This document shows positions 19,758-29,060 of a stretch of DNA of 64,000 bases, in pieces; the first letter of the stretch is position 1; each line of letters begins with the position of its first letter. The DNA is from Candidatus Delongbacteria bacterium (GTDB lineage Bacteria > CAIWAD01), in NCBI GenBank assembly GCA_963663545.1, contig OY760505.1, forward strand, positions 1,824,001-1,888,000, in the 5' to 3' direction. The translations under genes were made by a program, and so were the position numbers. The notes under the pieces are model-generated. The model had not been told where the DNA came from and did not search any database. It worked only from the letters and a program-made list of their open reading frames with translations.

Positions 19758-20107
19758 CACGCAGAGTCCTCTCCTTGTCTGCCTTGACCGGAAGTGTCGC
19801 CTCCAATACTCCGAAACTCCCGCAGGTTTCCCCAACGAAGCGAAGTGATGGGTACGAATCACTACCGACGAGTAATCCAACTGAAATTTCAAGCCTTAGC
19901 TAAAGTCGTGGATCGCTTCCCCTTCACGGCAAGACACGATTGCGCCTCACATGGCTTGAGCAAGACCGCCCTTGGGCTGGCGAATCTACACCCTCACAGC
20001 CCCGTGCTACCAGGCAGTTCAAGATGGACAAGAAAGAAAAGCCGCGCTGACAAGGTGTCGCGCGGCCTGTGGGGATCATTTGCCCTGGAGGACAAATCAA
20101 TCTACTT

Positions 20108-21631
20108 CTAATATCCAGCGTTAATTACAATTCTTGTCGGAAAATCAAAATTAATCCACGTCCCAACAACCTCACCATCAGGGTTCACGCGAAGGACTCG
20201 ATTCCGTTCTGTATCCAGAATCCAGCAGTACGCATCGAGGCGATTGAAGGCAAGATCCTTCGGGAAAGCCAGTCCATTGACACTTGCCTGCACGTTATCG
20301 TAGAAGACTCGGATCGCACGCGAATCCACCGAACGATCCAGCACCCAGGCCAAGCCATTGGACCACGCTGCCGAAATGGCGACGGGGTTCTGAAATCCGT
20401 AACAAATCAGGCTATCGGTCGCATCGGGCTCGTAGCGCACCAACATACCCGCCTCTTTATCCACAAGCCAGCAGGCGCCAGTGGAGTCCTCAACCGAAAC
20501 GTCGACGGGAAATAGATAGCCGTCGCGACGAGTAACGTATTCCGCGGTGTCCACCTCGGCAACAAAATCGTCGGCGTCCGGGCGGATCTGGTACAGGATA
20601 TTGCTGCCTTCGTCACACACCCACAACATGCCATCACGTTGATAGACGTCCAGAGCATTGGGTCGCGTAAAGCCCTGCCTGCGGCTTAGTGTATGCACTC
20701 CGTTGAAATCCACTTCAACCACTTGCGCACTGTCGGCATCAAGGATGAAGCAGGAACCGGTGCGCGTCCAGCTCTTGATACGCGTCGGCCTGGCAACGGG
20801 CGTTTCCATGACAAATTCCAGGTTGCCTTCAAGATCAAAGGCGTGCAAACGCGATGGAATGCCTTCGCAAACCCAAATCCGGCGGTTTTCCGCATCGATG
20901 TCGATGTCTTGCGGATCTGTAAATCCGCTCAGCCGAAGAAGTTCGTCGCCAATAGCACTTAGCTTGACGACTTCACCCGCGCCGTAGTTGATGATCCAGG
21001 GACAACCAATTTCTGTGTAGATGTTGCCGTATATGGTATCCTGCGAGAAAGCGCCGAATTCGTCCTCTGCGCGAACGGTGACAAAAGCATGAATTGTGGT
21101 ATCGGGCACTGTCCAGTACACTGAATCACCCAGGGTACTGCTCAAGCTGCCGTAGGGCGTGCTCCAATACTGGGTAACTGTATGAGTGTCGGGATCACTG
21201 CTTGTGGCCCAAACGCGCACGGTGTTTCCGTTTAGGATGTTGATTTGCGAAATGCCCGTGCTCTCAAACACCGGGGCCCGGTTGTCCACCCAGAAGTGAT
21301 AGACGAAGGTGTCACTGTTTCCGGCCGGATCATGAACCGTGTAGGTCAGAGTGACATAGCTGGAGCTGTCGGGACTGATCCAGAACAGGCTGTCATATGT
21401 GAAGGAGACCTTTTCTCCGTAGTTGATTTCCCAGCTTCCCGTCAGGCTGTCGCCCTCGGGGTCCTGCACGCGAGCAAGAAAGATTACCTCTTGATGGCTG
21501 GTAATCTCCTCGCTAAGGGAGCTGACATCAAGCACTTCGGGAGCGTGATTGACCACCTCGGTGGGTAGCTTGGCGCACGCGGCCACCAGAATCAGCAGGG
21601 CAAGCAGCCCGTATCTGCGTCTGAGTTTCAT
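20108..21631 (-). CDS. Lipoprotein with two Ig-like domains and an NHL-like beta-propeller
   Basis: Lipobox LVAAC; NHAP/NRAP..DPEGD/DPD Ig repeats; repeated F.xP.dia units; ATGA overlap with upstream stop. Confidence 0.7.
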   Translation of the reverse strand: MKLRRRYGLLALLILVAACAKLPTEVVNHAPEVLDVSSLSEEITSHQEVIFLARVQDPEGDSLTGSWEINYGEKVSFTYDSLFWISPDSSSYVTLTYTVHDPAGNSDTFVYHFWVDNRAPVFESTGISQINILNGNTVRVWATSSDPDTHTVTQYWSTPYGSLSSTLGDSVYWTVPDTTIHAFVTVRAEDEFGAFSQDTIYGNIYTEIGCPWIINYGAGEVVKLSAIGDELLRLSGFTDPQDIDIDAENRRIWVCEGIPSRLHAFDLEGNLEFVMETPVARPTRIKSWTRTGSCFILDADSAQVVEVDFNGVHTLSRRQGFTRPNALDVYQRDGMLWVCDEGSNILYQIRPDADDFVAEVDTAEYVTRRDGYLFPVDVSVEDSTGACWLVDKEAGMLVRYEPDATDSLICYGFQNPVAISAAWSNGLAWVLDRSVDSRAIRVFYDNVQASVNGLAFPKDLAFNRLDAYCWILDTERNRVLRVNPDGEVVGTWINFDFPTRIVINAGY

Positions 21632-23094
21632 TCTACCACCCACTGCACACTGTACTCGTAGAAGAGTTCGTCCATCAACAGCTTGCCCCATTGTTGGAGA
21701 TTGTCGCGAAGCAAGCGCTGGCGCTCTACGCTGGCAATGCGGTATTCATGCGCGCCGATCCCCTGATTCAGCCAGTGGATATGCCCTTCGCCCTTGGCAA
21801 GACTGGAAACACTGCCGCGATACTCGAAGCGATCCTCTTCCACGTGCAGCAGATTCACCATTACATCCAGCTCGTTCTGCATGCGGCTGCTTTCAAACAC
21901 CAGCGGAATGCGCGCACTGCGCTTGCTGATGGGTTCGTGCCGCAACACGTCGCCCCAAATAACGTACTCGGCCCCTAGCAGATGCCCGACCCGTCGTGCA
22001 TCCTCGCGCGTCAAAGCCTCGTCAGAAGCAATCTCCAACTCGCGCAGCGCTTCTTTGACCCGCCGCTCGTTCACAATCACCAAACTGCTGTCACTTACGA
22101 TTGCGCGTTCGCAGGAGCGTAAAATCTGCTCCGCCACAGGTGTAGTGCCTTCATCAATAAAGGGCAAGACGGCCACCTGCAGCGGTTTGAACTCATATTC
22201 CTTCTCACGCATCTCGCCTTCGCTAAAGGTCTCCAGCTCCGTGGTGACGGGGTTCTTGCGGTCCAACGTCGTCTGAATCACGGGCCGGTAGTGACGATGG
22301 CGCACTTCGATGGGAACGGGCGCCGTGTGTGACCAACTCATGCCGGCATACATGCCAAAACGATCGTAGTACTCAAAGAAGCGCTGTTGCATGCCAAACT
22401 TCAGACCAAAACCCCAAGGCAAATAGAGACGCCCGCCGGCAAAGAATTGGTACTCGACCTCGCGTGTTGTCTGCTGCATCTCCTGGGCAAACTCGGTCTC
22501 GATCATCAGGAAACGCAGAATGTAGTAGCGCAACGCTGCTCCCGTCAGCACATGACGGTTTTGCAGATGTACATCCATCACAAGCCCTGCATGCGCATCC
22601 AGCAGGAAACGGGGACGCGCCGGATCATTGCCTCCGCTGGCAATTTCGACCAGTGCGAGGGTTTCCGCGTGTGTGCGGCCTGTGGAATAGCTTTCAAAGC
22701 CAGAAAGCTCCTCGCGGAATCCGGAAGGAAAACGCACCGTTTCGCGAAGACCGTAGCGCAGCCAGGCGACGCGCTTGCAATGGCGGTACCAGGTTAGCGC
22801 CGCCAGAAAGTCGCCTTGACCAGCCTTGGTTTCCAGACCGTGCACCTCATTGCGAAAGGGAAAGGTGAAGTCGACCTGTAGTCCGGGCAGCAAGCCATAG
22901 CCAAAACCCATTGCCATTTCGGTACGGGAAGTATCAACCTCAACGGCAAAGCTGGTGCCTTGCCCCGTAAAGCTGAACTTCTGGTAATGGAAGTCGTTGA
23001 TGAACAGCGGATCGTTCAACAATCGCTGACGGGCATGCGCGCCAAGAACAACGAGCAGCAGCAGGACAACGGTGATACGTAAACGTGGCAACAT
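21628..23094 (-). CDS. Putative outer-membrane protein with C-terminal CsgG/TolB-N-like domain
   Basis: Signal peptide, alternating beta-strand pattern, then QVAVLPF...ARRVGHLLGAEYVIWGDV. Confidence 0.55.
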   Translation of the reverse strand: MLPRLRITVVLLLLVVLGAHARQRLLNDPLFINDFHYQKFSFTGQGTSFAVEVDTSRTEMAMGFGYGLLPGLQVDFTFPFRNEVHGLETKAGQGDFLAALTWYRHCKRVAWLRYGLRETVRFPSGFREELSGFESYSTGRTHAETLALVEIASGGNDPARPRFLLDAHAGLVMDVHLQNRHVLTGAALRYYILRFLMIETEFAQEMQQTTREVEYQFFAGGRLYLPWGFGLKFGMQQRFFEYYDRFGMYAGMSWSHTAPVPIEVRHRHYRPVIQTTLDRKNPVTTELETFSEGEMREKEYEFKPLQVAVLPFIDEGTTPVAEQILRSCERAIVSDSSLVIVNERRVKEALRELEIASDEALTREDARRVGHLLGAEYVIWGDVLRHEPISKRSARIPLVFESSRMQNELDVMVNLLHVEEDRFEYRGSVSSLAKGEGHIHWLNQGIGAHEYRIASVERQRLLRDNLQQWGKLLMDELFYEYSVQWVVE

Positions 23095-23146
23095 GACTCG
23101 ACCTCTGGAGGGTTATCCCCTGTTGGACAACACACGCGGGCCGAAG

Positions 23147-23162
23147 AGCAAAGACTGTGCCG
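23147..23162 (-). promoter_or_regulatory. Putative sigma54 (-24/-12) promoter
   Basis: Minus strand CGGCAC-AGTCT-TTGCT, matching YGGCAC-N5-TTGCW, about 54 nt upstream of ATG 23094. Confidence 0.55.
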
Positions 23163-23325
23163 CTCTCCTCTGTCTCCGCAAAGTGGCTACAGCAGTGGCT
23201 TTATAAACAAGTGTAGAAGTTGGGAAGTCTTGTATTCGGCTTTCGCTGGGCAAGAATGCTCTCATAAGCGGAGGACTCTTCCCGGCTCACAGCCCTAAAA
23301 GAAGCGCCTCGCCGTCCGTGTAGAA

Positions 23326-24207
23326 TCAGGCGTGAGCGCTAAACGGAAAGAGCCCGGGCGTGCAGGGCATCGTAAAGGGGGCCAGACAGTGACAACCTCC
23401 TCCCGCAATCTCATCCCAGCCACTTACTGAAAGTCCCATGCGGTCGGGCATAAAATGGAAGCACACCTGCTCCAGCGTCGGATCCTGCAACCACGGCAGC
23501 CACTCACTGGCCGCAGGCACTCGCTCCGCGGCAATATCCAGGACCTCCAGCCGAGCGCCCTTCCGCCTTGCAAAAACCACTTCGCCACCGGGTAACAGCC
23601 AGGCGCAATCAGCCATGGTGTACAGGCAATGAAACAGGAAGAGCGAAGGCGTTCGGCTGCCCAGAACCTCCGATACGGGTTGACGACGCGGCGCGAGTCG
23701 GCGCAGCAGCTCTAAATCCGCAGCACGGCTCAGATCCAACCGCCGTGCTCCCGGTCGCGGCACTCTGCCAGCGATCGTGCAAATGGGGCGCTGTTCGCTC
23801 ACGGCGACAAATCCCATTTGTTGATAGAAGGGAACAGCCCCTTGATCTGCGAAGAGATAGTATCCGTGCACGTGCGTGCTCAGCTCGCTCATGGCCCTGC
23901 GACTCAGCCAGTCGCCCAAACCGCGACGCCGCCATTCAGGCGCTGTGCCCACACCGGAAAACTGGCCCACGCGCAACTCTCGGCCGCCAACCACCAGGTC
24001 CATAAGAAACACACAAACGGTGGATACAATCCCGCCCGTCTTATCAAAGAGAGAGTAGGGCAGGTAATGCTCCTTGTCCCAGCATCCCGCGTCCTGCCAA
24101 CGCTGCAAATCCAGCTCATGGATGCTCTTCAGGAAGCGCTTGTGAGACGCCCGCGCCTGCTCGTCGTCCCAATAACAGCTGCGAAAATCCAACCCGCTAA
24201 CACGCAT
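23326..24207 (-). CDS. GNAT-family N-acetyltransferase
   Basis: VGTAPEWRRRGLG acetyl-CoA motif A; AVPFYQQMGF motif B. Confidence 0.85.
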   Translation of the reverse strand: MRVSGLDFRSCYWDDEQARASHKRFLKSIHELDLQRWQDAGCWDKEHYLPYSLFDKTGGIVSTVCVFLMDLVVGGRELRVGQFSGVGTAPEWRRRGLGDWLSRRAMSELSTHVHGYYLFADQGAVPFYQQMGFVAVSEQRPICTIAGRVPRPGARRLDLSRAADLELLRRLAPRRQPVSEVLGSRTPSLFLFHCLYTMADCAWLLPGGEVVFARRKGARLEVLDIAAERVPAASEWLPWLQDPTLEQVCFHFMPDRMGLSVSGWDEIAGGGCHCLAPFTMPCTPGLFPFSAHA

Positions 24208-24306
24208 ACGACACCTCCTAAATGCAAACTAGGATTGTGATGCCGGGCACCAAAGACCACACTGACCTCGCTATATTGCGGACGAGTGAAGAGCAAAGGA
24301 GGAGCC

Positions 24307-25218
24307 ATGCGTCTTGTAACACACTTTCTGATGACAATTCTGATTTGTATCACGGCTGTAGCGCAGGACCTGCCGGGCCAGGTATACTTCCATGGTCTCG
24401 CCGGATTCGACTTCGCTCAGGTGCCGCCCCTTCCCGGATCACTCAGCGGCAGTATGAATGTGGAAGGCGAGATTGACACAACAACCTTCTTCCCGACAGA
24501 ACTGGAAGGGACGGCGGCCATTCTGATGGACAACGACAGCACTGGCGGCCAGGTGCTATCGCAGTTCGCGATCGAAGATCTTGGCGACGGCACCTACAAC
24601 CTGTTCGCCATGCTCTATAACACCGACGAAGAAATTGAAGTCGGCAATGTAAGCAATCCTTTAAGTGCCTACTTCCTCTTTGCGTATCACATGGACTCTC
24701 TCGCCGTGCCGGACATGCAGTCGGACAGTCTGGACATGATGGACCTGCTGAACCTGATCTCCGCCGAATACCGTTTTGTCGGTGCCATGACGGCACTGGA
24801 ATTCACCAGTCTGGAGCCCGGCGAGATTGCCTGGAACTTCAGCGGAATCGGTGCGGATCTAGATAACTCGATGATGATCGTCAGTCTCTCTTCGGGGTAC
24901 GTCAGTCTTGAGGGCATTCCCCTGAACGTGGAAAGAGCACCGAGCACCCTACCGCGTGATACATGGATCGCCGCGTATCCAAACCCCTTCAACCCCACGA
25001 CAAGAATAAGCGTACACTTGCCTCAAGCCGGTGAGTTCGCACTTCGCGTCTACAACATTCTTGGACGACAGCAGGAGTTGTACGAGCTCGGCTTTCTGCC
25101 AGCAGGCGAAAGTCACGTCCAGATGAACGCCGACAACTGGCCGGGTGGTCTCTATCTGCTATCGCTGGAGAGCTGCGGAGTTCGTGTGGCAGTGGAAAGA
25201 GTGACATTGCTGAAGTAG
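24307..25218 (+). CDS. Acidic secreted protein with T9SS-type CTD
   Basis: GGAGGAG RBS, signal peptide, AYPNPFNPTTRI...RVTLLK. Confidence 0.8.
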   Translation: MRLVTHFLMTILICITAVAQDLPGQVYFHGLAGFDFAQVPPLPGSLSGSMNVEGEIDTTTFFPTELEGTAAILMDNDSTGGQVLSQFAIEDLGDGTYNLFAMLYNTDEEIEVGNVSNPLSAYFLFAYHMDSLAVPDMQSDSLDMMDLLNLISAEYRFVGAMTALEFTSLEPGEIAWNFSGIGADLDNSMMIVSLSSGYVSLEGIPLNVERAPSTLPRDTWIAAYPNPFNPTTRISVHLPQAGEFALRVYNILGRQQELYELGFLPAGESHVQMNADNWPGGLYLLSLESCGVRVAVERVTLLK

Positions 25219-25238
25219 AAGCAGAATCGCGTATCACG

Positions 25239-25261
25239 GGGCGGAGCGATCCGCCCTTTTC
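25239..25261 (+). terminator. Terminator between convergent genes
   Basis: GGGCGGA-GCGA-TCCGCCC-TTTT. Confidence 0.75.
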
Positions 25262-25956
25262 TATTTGCGCCGCAGCGACCAACGCCGGTAGAGGGGGCGT
25301 TCGAACCGCGGCATCAGAAGCATACCCAGCACAAAACCAGCGACGTGCACCCCGTAGGCAATGCCGCTATCCGATCCACTGGTAGCGCCGAAGAACTGCA
25401 TGAGAATCCAAAGACCAAGCACGATCATCGCTGGCACACGCGGCCTGGCCAGCAGGAAGAAAAGGAAAAAGACGCCCAGTTCGATTCGCGCCCGTGGGAA
25501 GCGCAGCATGTAGGCTCCCAGGACTCCCGAGATGGCGCCCGAGGCTCCCACCAGGGGAACAACCGAATTCATGTTAAGCAGTACGTGTGCCATGCTTGCC
25601 CCCAGCCCCACCAGCAGATAGAAGAGCAGAAAACGCCAGGGCCCCATGATGTCTTCAATGTTGTTGCCGAAGATATAGAGGAAGAGCATGTTGCCGCCCA
25701 GGTGGAGCAGTCCGCCATGCATGAACATGTGGGTCAGCAGTGTAAGCGGCCAAGGAAGTGCAGACGGCGGTAGCAAATCTATGCGTGCTGTGATCTCGTG
25801 GGGAATGAGCCCGTACTGCAGCACGTAATGGTTGTAGCCAGCAGGCCCCAGCAACATCAATACGTAGACCAGCACATTCAGCACAATCAGGAATTGTGTC
25901 ACCACCGTCGGGTGATACACAGGATTGTTGTCCCTGAGTGGCAGAACGTAGAACAT
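25261..25956 (-). CDS. Rhomboid-family intramembrane serine protease
   Basis: LPLRDNNP, HMFMHGGLLHLGGNM, VGASGAI (Ser), VHVAGF (His). Confidence 0.92.
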   Translation of the reverse strand: MFYVLPLRDNNPVYHPTVVTQFLIVLNVLVYVLMLLGPAGYNHYVLQYGLIPHEITARIDLLPPSALPWPLTLLTHMFMHGGLLHLGGNMLFLYIFGNNIEDIMGPWRFLLFYLLVGLGASMAHVLLNMNSVVPLVGASGAISGVLGAYMLRFPRARIELGVFFLFFLLARPRVPAMIVLGLWILMQFFGATSGSDSGIAYGVHVAGFVLGMLLMPRFERPLYRRWSLRRK

Positions 25957-25957
25957 T

Positions 25958-27952
25958 TCAGTTGCCCACTATCTGCAGAGTTCGCGTATCCGTGGCTTCG
26001 TTACCGGCTTCATCGCGCACCAACAACTTCAGTTGGTACTCGCCCGGTTCCAAGGCATTACGCGGCTTCCACAAAATGCGCTCCATGTCACCATCATAGC
26101 GAGGATACACACAGAGACTGTTGAGCCACAACTCGGCGTGTACTACACCGGAAAGGTCCTCCTGGCAACGCCAGGCAAAGAGCGGTTGTCGCTCGCGCGT
26201 TGTCGCAGCGGGATATTGATGCCGCAGTCGTGGCGCTTGACGATCTACCTGCACGGCGTACTCGCCTGAATTGAAAACATCGCATTGAAGTGTGTCACCA
26301 CTCAAAGTCCACCCAGAACACCACTCCCATTTCTCTCCAGATCGCATACAAATGGCAGCACGCGTACGATCCTCGTCCAGCAGATCCGCGGGAAGCGGCA
26401 TTTGCAGCCGGGCAAACGAAGTGAGACATAGGTTTGCCGGACCAACCAGCAGAGCGCCGGGCTGGCCCTCTCCAAGAAGCATCAGCTGCTCCGCGGGCAT
26501 GGATCCTGCGTCAACTTGCAGTTGCGCCCACAGCTCTTTCGAGTTCCAAGCAAGGACTTCCGTTCGCTCCGGTGACACGGGATAGAGGTCGTACTCGGCC
26601 AAGTAGCGCACCGTCCCATCGTGGGGAAGCCCGAGCCACAACGATTGCGGATCAGGTCGCACCTTAAGGGGAAGAACGAGCTCGTACTTCTGCTGATAAT
26701 GTGTCACGGGCCACATTGCAGAAGCCTCGCTCTCGACATACACACTGTCGCAAGGAGTGGACAACTTCAGAACCAGGGTCACCCCATCCTCGGAGTGATA
26801 CAACTGGGGCACATCTTCTACACCCGGCCCTGGCACGTGTGGCATGGCCAGATCGATTCGACGACACTCGGTTGACTCTCGTGCTTCAACGGGCCGAGCG
26901 TCAACAACAAAACTCAGTGACGACATATTGCCCGCAGGATCTGTAACCTGAACGAATCCGTGACACAACCCGCGCGGTCGAAGCACTCCGTGACACGTTT
27001 CTGGTCGACCTCCTGCATCAGCGCAAAAGCTTAGCCTCGGCCCGACATCCCACAGATTCCGAAAAGTCTGCGATCGCTCTGCGAGTAACCAACGATTGAT
27101 TTCGGCCGTGATCCAGCGCGTATCTGCGAAGGCAACGCGCTCATAAAGGCTCTGAAATAAGGTGTCTCCATCAACCAGAAGCAGCATCCGGTACGGTGCC
27201 AGGCGACTACTGGAGCGATCAACGTTGTCATAGCATCGTAGAGCAAACTGTGCGTCGCCCTCAATTCTCAGGGTATCAGCAAGGTAATACGAGGGCGCGT
27301 CGCCCAGAACATCCAGGACAACCGGAAGCGCCGATCCCGATACGCGGCCTTCTCTGCTTCTGGGAAACAGTGCCAAATTTTGTATCACGGGTGGGCGCGA
27401 GTCTTCTACTTGCAGGCCATAGCGCAGTGGATTAAGCGCGCTTCCTTTTCCGTCACGCACTTCGAAATGAACATGCGGCGGTCCCGCGCCAGAGCCTCCG
27501 GAACGGCCAACCACCTCACCGCGCCGGAAAGGGATCTCGCCAGCCTCGAACCATAATACCTGATCGTAGCCAGCACCTCGCGCCTGCGCCTCCTCGAGCA
27601 AAACCTCAAGGGTGTCGGAGAAATCGAGCATGTGTGCGTAGAGGTAGCGCCTGCCGTCGCTTCCCTGAATCAGCAGCTGCTTCCCGTATCCATAGTAGGA
27701 GGCAGAGGCTCTCAGCACCCAGCCATCCACCGGACTGTAGAGATCATAGCCCATGTGTCCATTGGTGGAGATGTCGATTCCGCTATGATAATGACGGCTA
27801 CGAGGCTCAGCGAAGGACGACGTTAACCGCGGCGAAGCGTCGGTCGGCCAGGGAAGGGCATTCTCGGCAGCCTGTATCACACAGGGAAAGACCAAGATGG
27901 AGGTCAGCAGCAGCCGCGCAAGCGAACTCAATGCACTCAAAGTCAGTCTCAT
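25958..27952 (-). CDS. M23-family peptidase
   Basis: FAEPRSRHYHSGID, YGYGK, LYAHM, GPPHVHFEVR, LNPL. Confidence 0.88.
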   Translation of the reverse strand: MRLTLSALSSLARLLLTSILVFPCVIQAAENALPWPTDASPRLTSSFAEPRSRHYHSGIDISTNGHMGYDLYSPVDGWVLRASASYYGYGKQLLIQGSDGRRYLYAHMLDFSDTLEVLLEEAQARGAGYDQVLWFEAGEIPFRRGEVVGRSGGSGAGPPHVHFEVRDGKGSALNPLRYGLQVEDSRPPVIQNLALFPRSREGRVSGSALPVVLDVLGDAPSYYLADTLRIEGDAQFALRCYDNVDRSSSRLAPYRMLLLVDGDTLFQSLYERVAFADTRWITAEINRWLLAERSQTFRNLWDVGPRLSFCADAGGRPETCHGVLRPRGLCHGFVQVTDPAGNMSSLSFVVDARPVEARESTECRRIDLAMPHVPGPGVEDVPQLYHSEDGVTLVLKLSTPCDSVYVESEASAMWPVTHYQQKYELVLPLKVRPDPQSLWLGLPHDGTVRYLAEYDLYPVSPERTEVLAWNSKELWAQLQVDAGSMPAEQLMLLGEGQPGALLVGPANLCLTSFARLQMPLPADLLDEDRTRAAICMRSGEKWEWCSGWTLSGDTLQCDVFNSGEYAVQVDRQAPRLRHQYPAATTRERQPLFAWRCQEDLSGVVHAELWLNSLCVYPRYDGDMERILWKPRNALEPGEYQLKLLVRDEAGNEATDTRTLQIVGN

Positions 27953-27964
27953 GGCTCACTGTTT

Positions 27965-28411
27965 TCAATCGGTGGTGCACACCAAACGCGTGAGACGCGT
28001 GGCGCGCTCGTGGAACTCTCCGGCGGGATACATCTCTAGCAGCGTTTGGGTTTCTGCGCAGGCTTTTTCTCTTTCGCCCAGCTGAAACCAACTGCGTGCA
28101 ATTTTATAGCGCGACGCTTCTGCCTTGTTGGCACGGGGATAATCGAGCACCTTGAAGTAGCAGGCGAGGGCATCGAGCCAGGCCTTTTCGGCGTAATAGC
28201 ACTCGCCCATCCAGAAATAGCAGTTGTCCAACAGGCTGGATTTCCTGTCCTCGCGGCGCAGCAGATCCTGCAGTATGCCACGAGCCTCGGTGTACTGCTG
28301 ATGGTTAAACAGGTTCACGGCCCGTTCGTAATCCGACTGAAAGGCCTCAGCGGCCCAGCCGGCGACGACGAGCAACAGAACGGGGAGGAAGCGATGCAGC
28401 ATGATTCTCAT
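27965..28411 (-). CDS. Secreted TPR protein (CpoB/YbgF-like)
   Basis: Signal peptide; LLDNCYFWMGECYY, VLDYPRANK, LLEMYP TPR helices. Confidence 0.7.
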   Translation of the reverse strand: MRIMLHRFLPVLLLVVAGWAAEAFQSDYERAVNLFNHQQYTEARGILQDLLRREDRKSSLLDNCYFWMGECYYAEKAWLDALACYFKVLDYPRANKAEASRYKIARSWFQLGEREKACAETQTLLEMYPAGEFHERATRLTRLVCTTD

Positions 28412-28438
28412 GGCTTAAACGAAAGATTCGGCGGTCAT

Positions 28439-28996
28439 TTGCGCAAGCGTCTGTTTCTGCTACTTGTACTGCTGGCTGTTTTCAGTCTGAATTGCATGTA
28501 CAGCCTGCACCCCTTTGCCACCGACGATTGCCTGGATCAGACCGACGATATTGTCGGTCATTGGCAAGCCATCGACGGGGAAAGCGACTGGATGTTCAAA
28601 GCCGATGATCCCGGCACAACAACGCTGATCTACACCGAGGAAGGCGGCCCGGCACAGTTCTCCGTGCGCCACTATCTGCTGGGGCAAACACGCTGGATCG
28701 ACCTGTATCCGAGCAAGCTCAACCTGCCCAACGGCGTGCAGAACGGATGCTTCCTGCCCCTCCACATGCTGATGCGCCTTGAGGCCAAACCCGATACACT
28801 GCTGATCTGGGCGGTGGACATCGAGGCCGTCACTGGGATGATAACCGAAGACGCGGACGTGCAATTCGAAAGCGTCGCGGACCGCACGGTGCTAACCAGC
28901 AACAGCGAAGCCATCGAGGGATTTCTGCTACGGCGTGGCGCCGAGGAGGCGATGTTTGACGACGAGCCTATGGTACTGGCGCGAGTGAAGGAATAA
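28439..28996 (+). CDS. Hypothetical lipoprotein
   Basis: TTG start gives MRKRLFLLLVLLAVFSLNC-MYSLHPF; upstream part of the long ORF overlaps the TPR gene and is probably not translated. Confidence 0.65.
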   Translation: MRKRLFLLLVLLAVFSLNCMYSLHPFATDDCLDQTDDIVGHWQAIDGESDWMFKADDPGTTTLIYTEEGGPAQFSVRHYLLGQTRWIDLYPSKLNLPNGVQNGCFLPLHMLMRLEAKPDTLLIWAVDIEAVTGMITEDADVQFESVADRTVLTSNSEAIEGFLLRRGAEEAMFDDEPMVLARVKE

Positions 28997-29019
28997 GCGC
29001 CACCCTGTTTCGTACTACA

Positions 29020-29044
29020 AAAAGCCCCGCCGAAGCGGGGTTTT
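29020..29044. terminator. Bidirectional terminator; copy 1 of a 21-bp repeat
   Basis: AAAAGCCCCGC-CGAA-GCGGGG-TTTT between convergent genes. Confidence 0.8.
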
Positions 29045-29060
29045 AATTGTATCACACAAG

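Noticed and set aside
19794..20111. 105-aa ORF in the TetR-lipoprotein gap
   Set aside because: No RBS, atypical composition, lies between terminator hairpins.
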